This document shows, one piece after another, positions 62,268 through 64,000 of a DNA stretch of 64,000 bases. Source of the stretch: Eledone cirrhosa. Its lineage: Eukaryota. Position 1 is the first letter of the stretch, and every line of letters begins with the position of its first letter. The stretch covers positions 29,512,001 through 29,576,000 of the forward strand of contig OZ024755.1 of NCBI GenBank assembly GCA_964016885.1, in the 5' to 3' direction. Below the pieces are notes generated by a model. The model saw only the letters and a program-made list of their open reading frames with translations, was not told where the DNA came from and searched no databases. A program made the position numbers and the translations under genes.

Positions 62268-62739
62268 GAGAGTGTGTCTGCACATACATATATAGTATTA
62301 CATTATATTTATATGCGATGTCAAAAGGATACTCACTGCTAGGATCTAGCGTGAAATGCAATCATTTCTCATGAGTCTTTTCTTTGATTTCTCATGTCAT
62401 TATTGACATAAATGTCCCTTGTTTCTAACTATACTTTCAACTAATTTCTCTTATTTATTTCTATATTTATATATTCCCTGCTCTTTCCTCTCCATTGCTT
62501 TATTTTTAGATATTTTTCCTCCGCATTCAATGATTGCCTGCCATCCCTTGTGTTCATAATTATGAATGATGACAACAGCAATTAACAAATGACCCACCTT
62601 ACCAAAATGTAATTTGAACTAGCGTCACCTACGATCTTCTCGTCTTTTACTCCGTATTTCACTCAATTCAGTCAAAAACTGAAATCTTTCGTTAATTTAT
62701 TTAGAAATATGTGATAGACGGACGAAGGAATGAAATGTA

Positions 62740-64000
<1,261 letters not shown>

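Overview
AT-rich, repeat-saturated eukaryotic window, most likely from an octopod cephalopod (inferred from the tRNA-derived SINE families and the extreme (TA)n content). No host protein-coding gene can be supported, and the many long 'YIYI' ORFs are microsatellite translations. Main contents: (1) an apparently intact R4/Dong-type RLE retrotransposon in a (TAA)n array, followed by a decayed tandem copy; (2) a near-complete two-ORF APE-RT LINE on the minus strand, with a Myb/SANT-like + polyQ + 2xCCCH ORF1, an AUG-less ORF2 overlapping in the -1 frame across two canonical slippery heptamers, and three tandem 5' monomers; (3) a 2.6-kb inverted (fold-back) Penelope-like element (PLE) with a GIY-YIG domain and hammerhead ribozymes; (4) several families of short non-coding fold-back elements in (TA)n tracts, many carrying type I hammerhead ribozymes; (5) SINEs, RTE/L1/RLE fragments and a hAT-type MITE; (6) a ~6-kb near-identical duplication across a 200-N gap, probably an uncollapsed haplotype. 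All alignments and RNA folds were done by eye.
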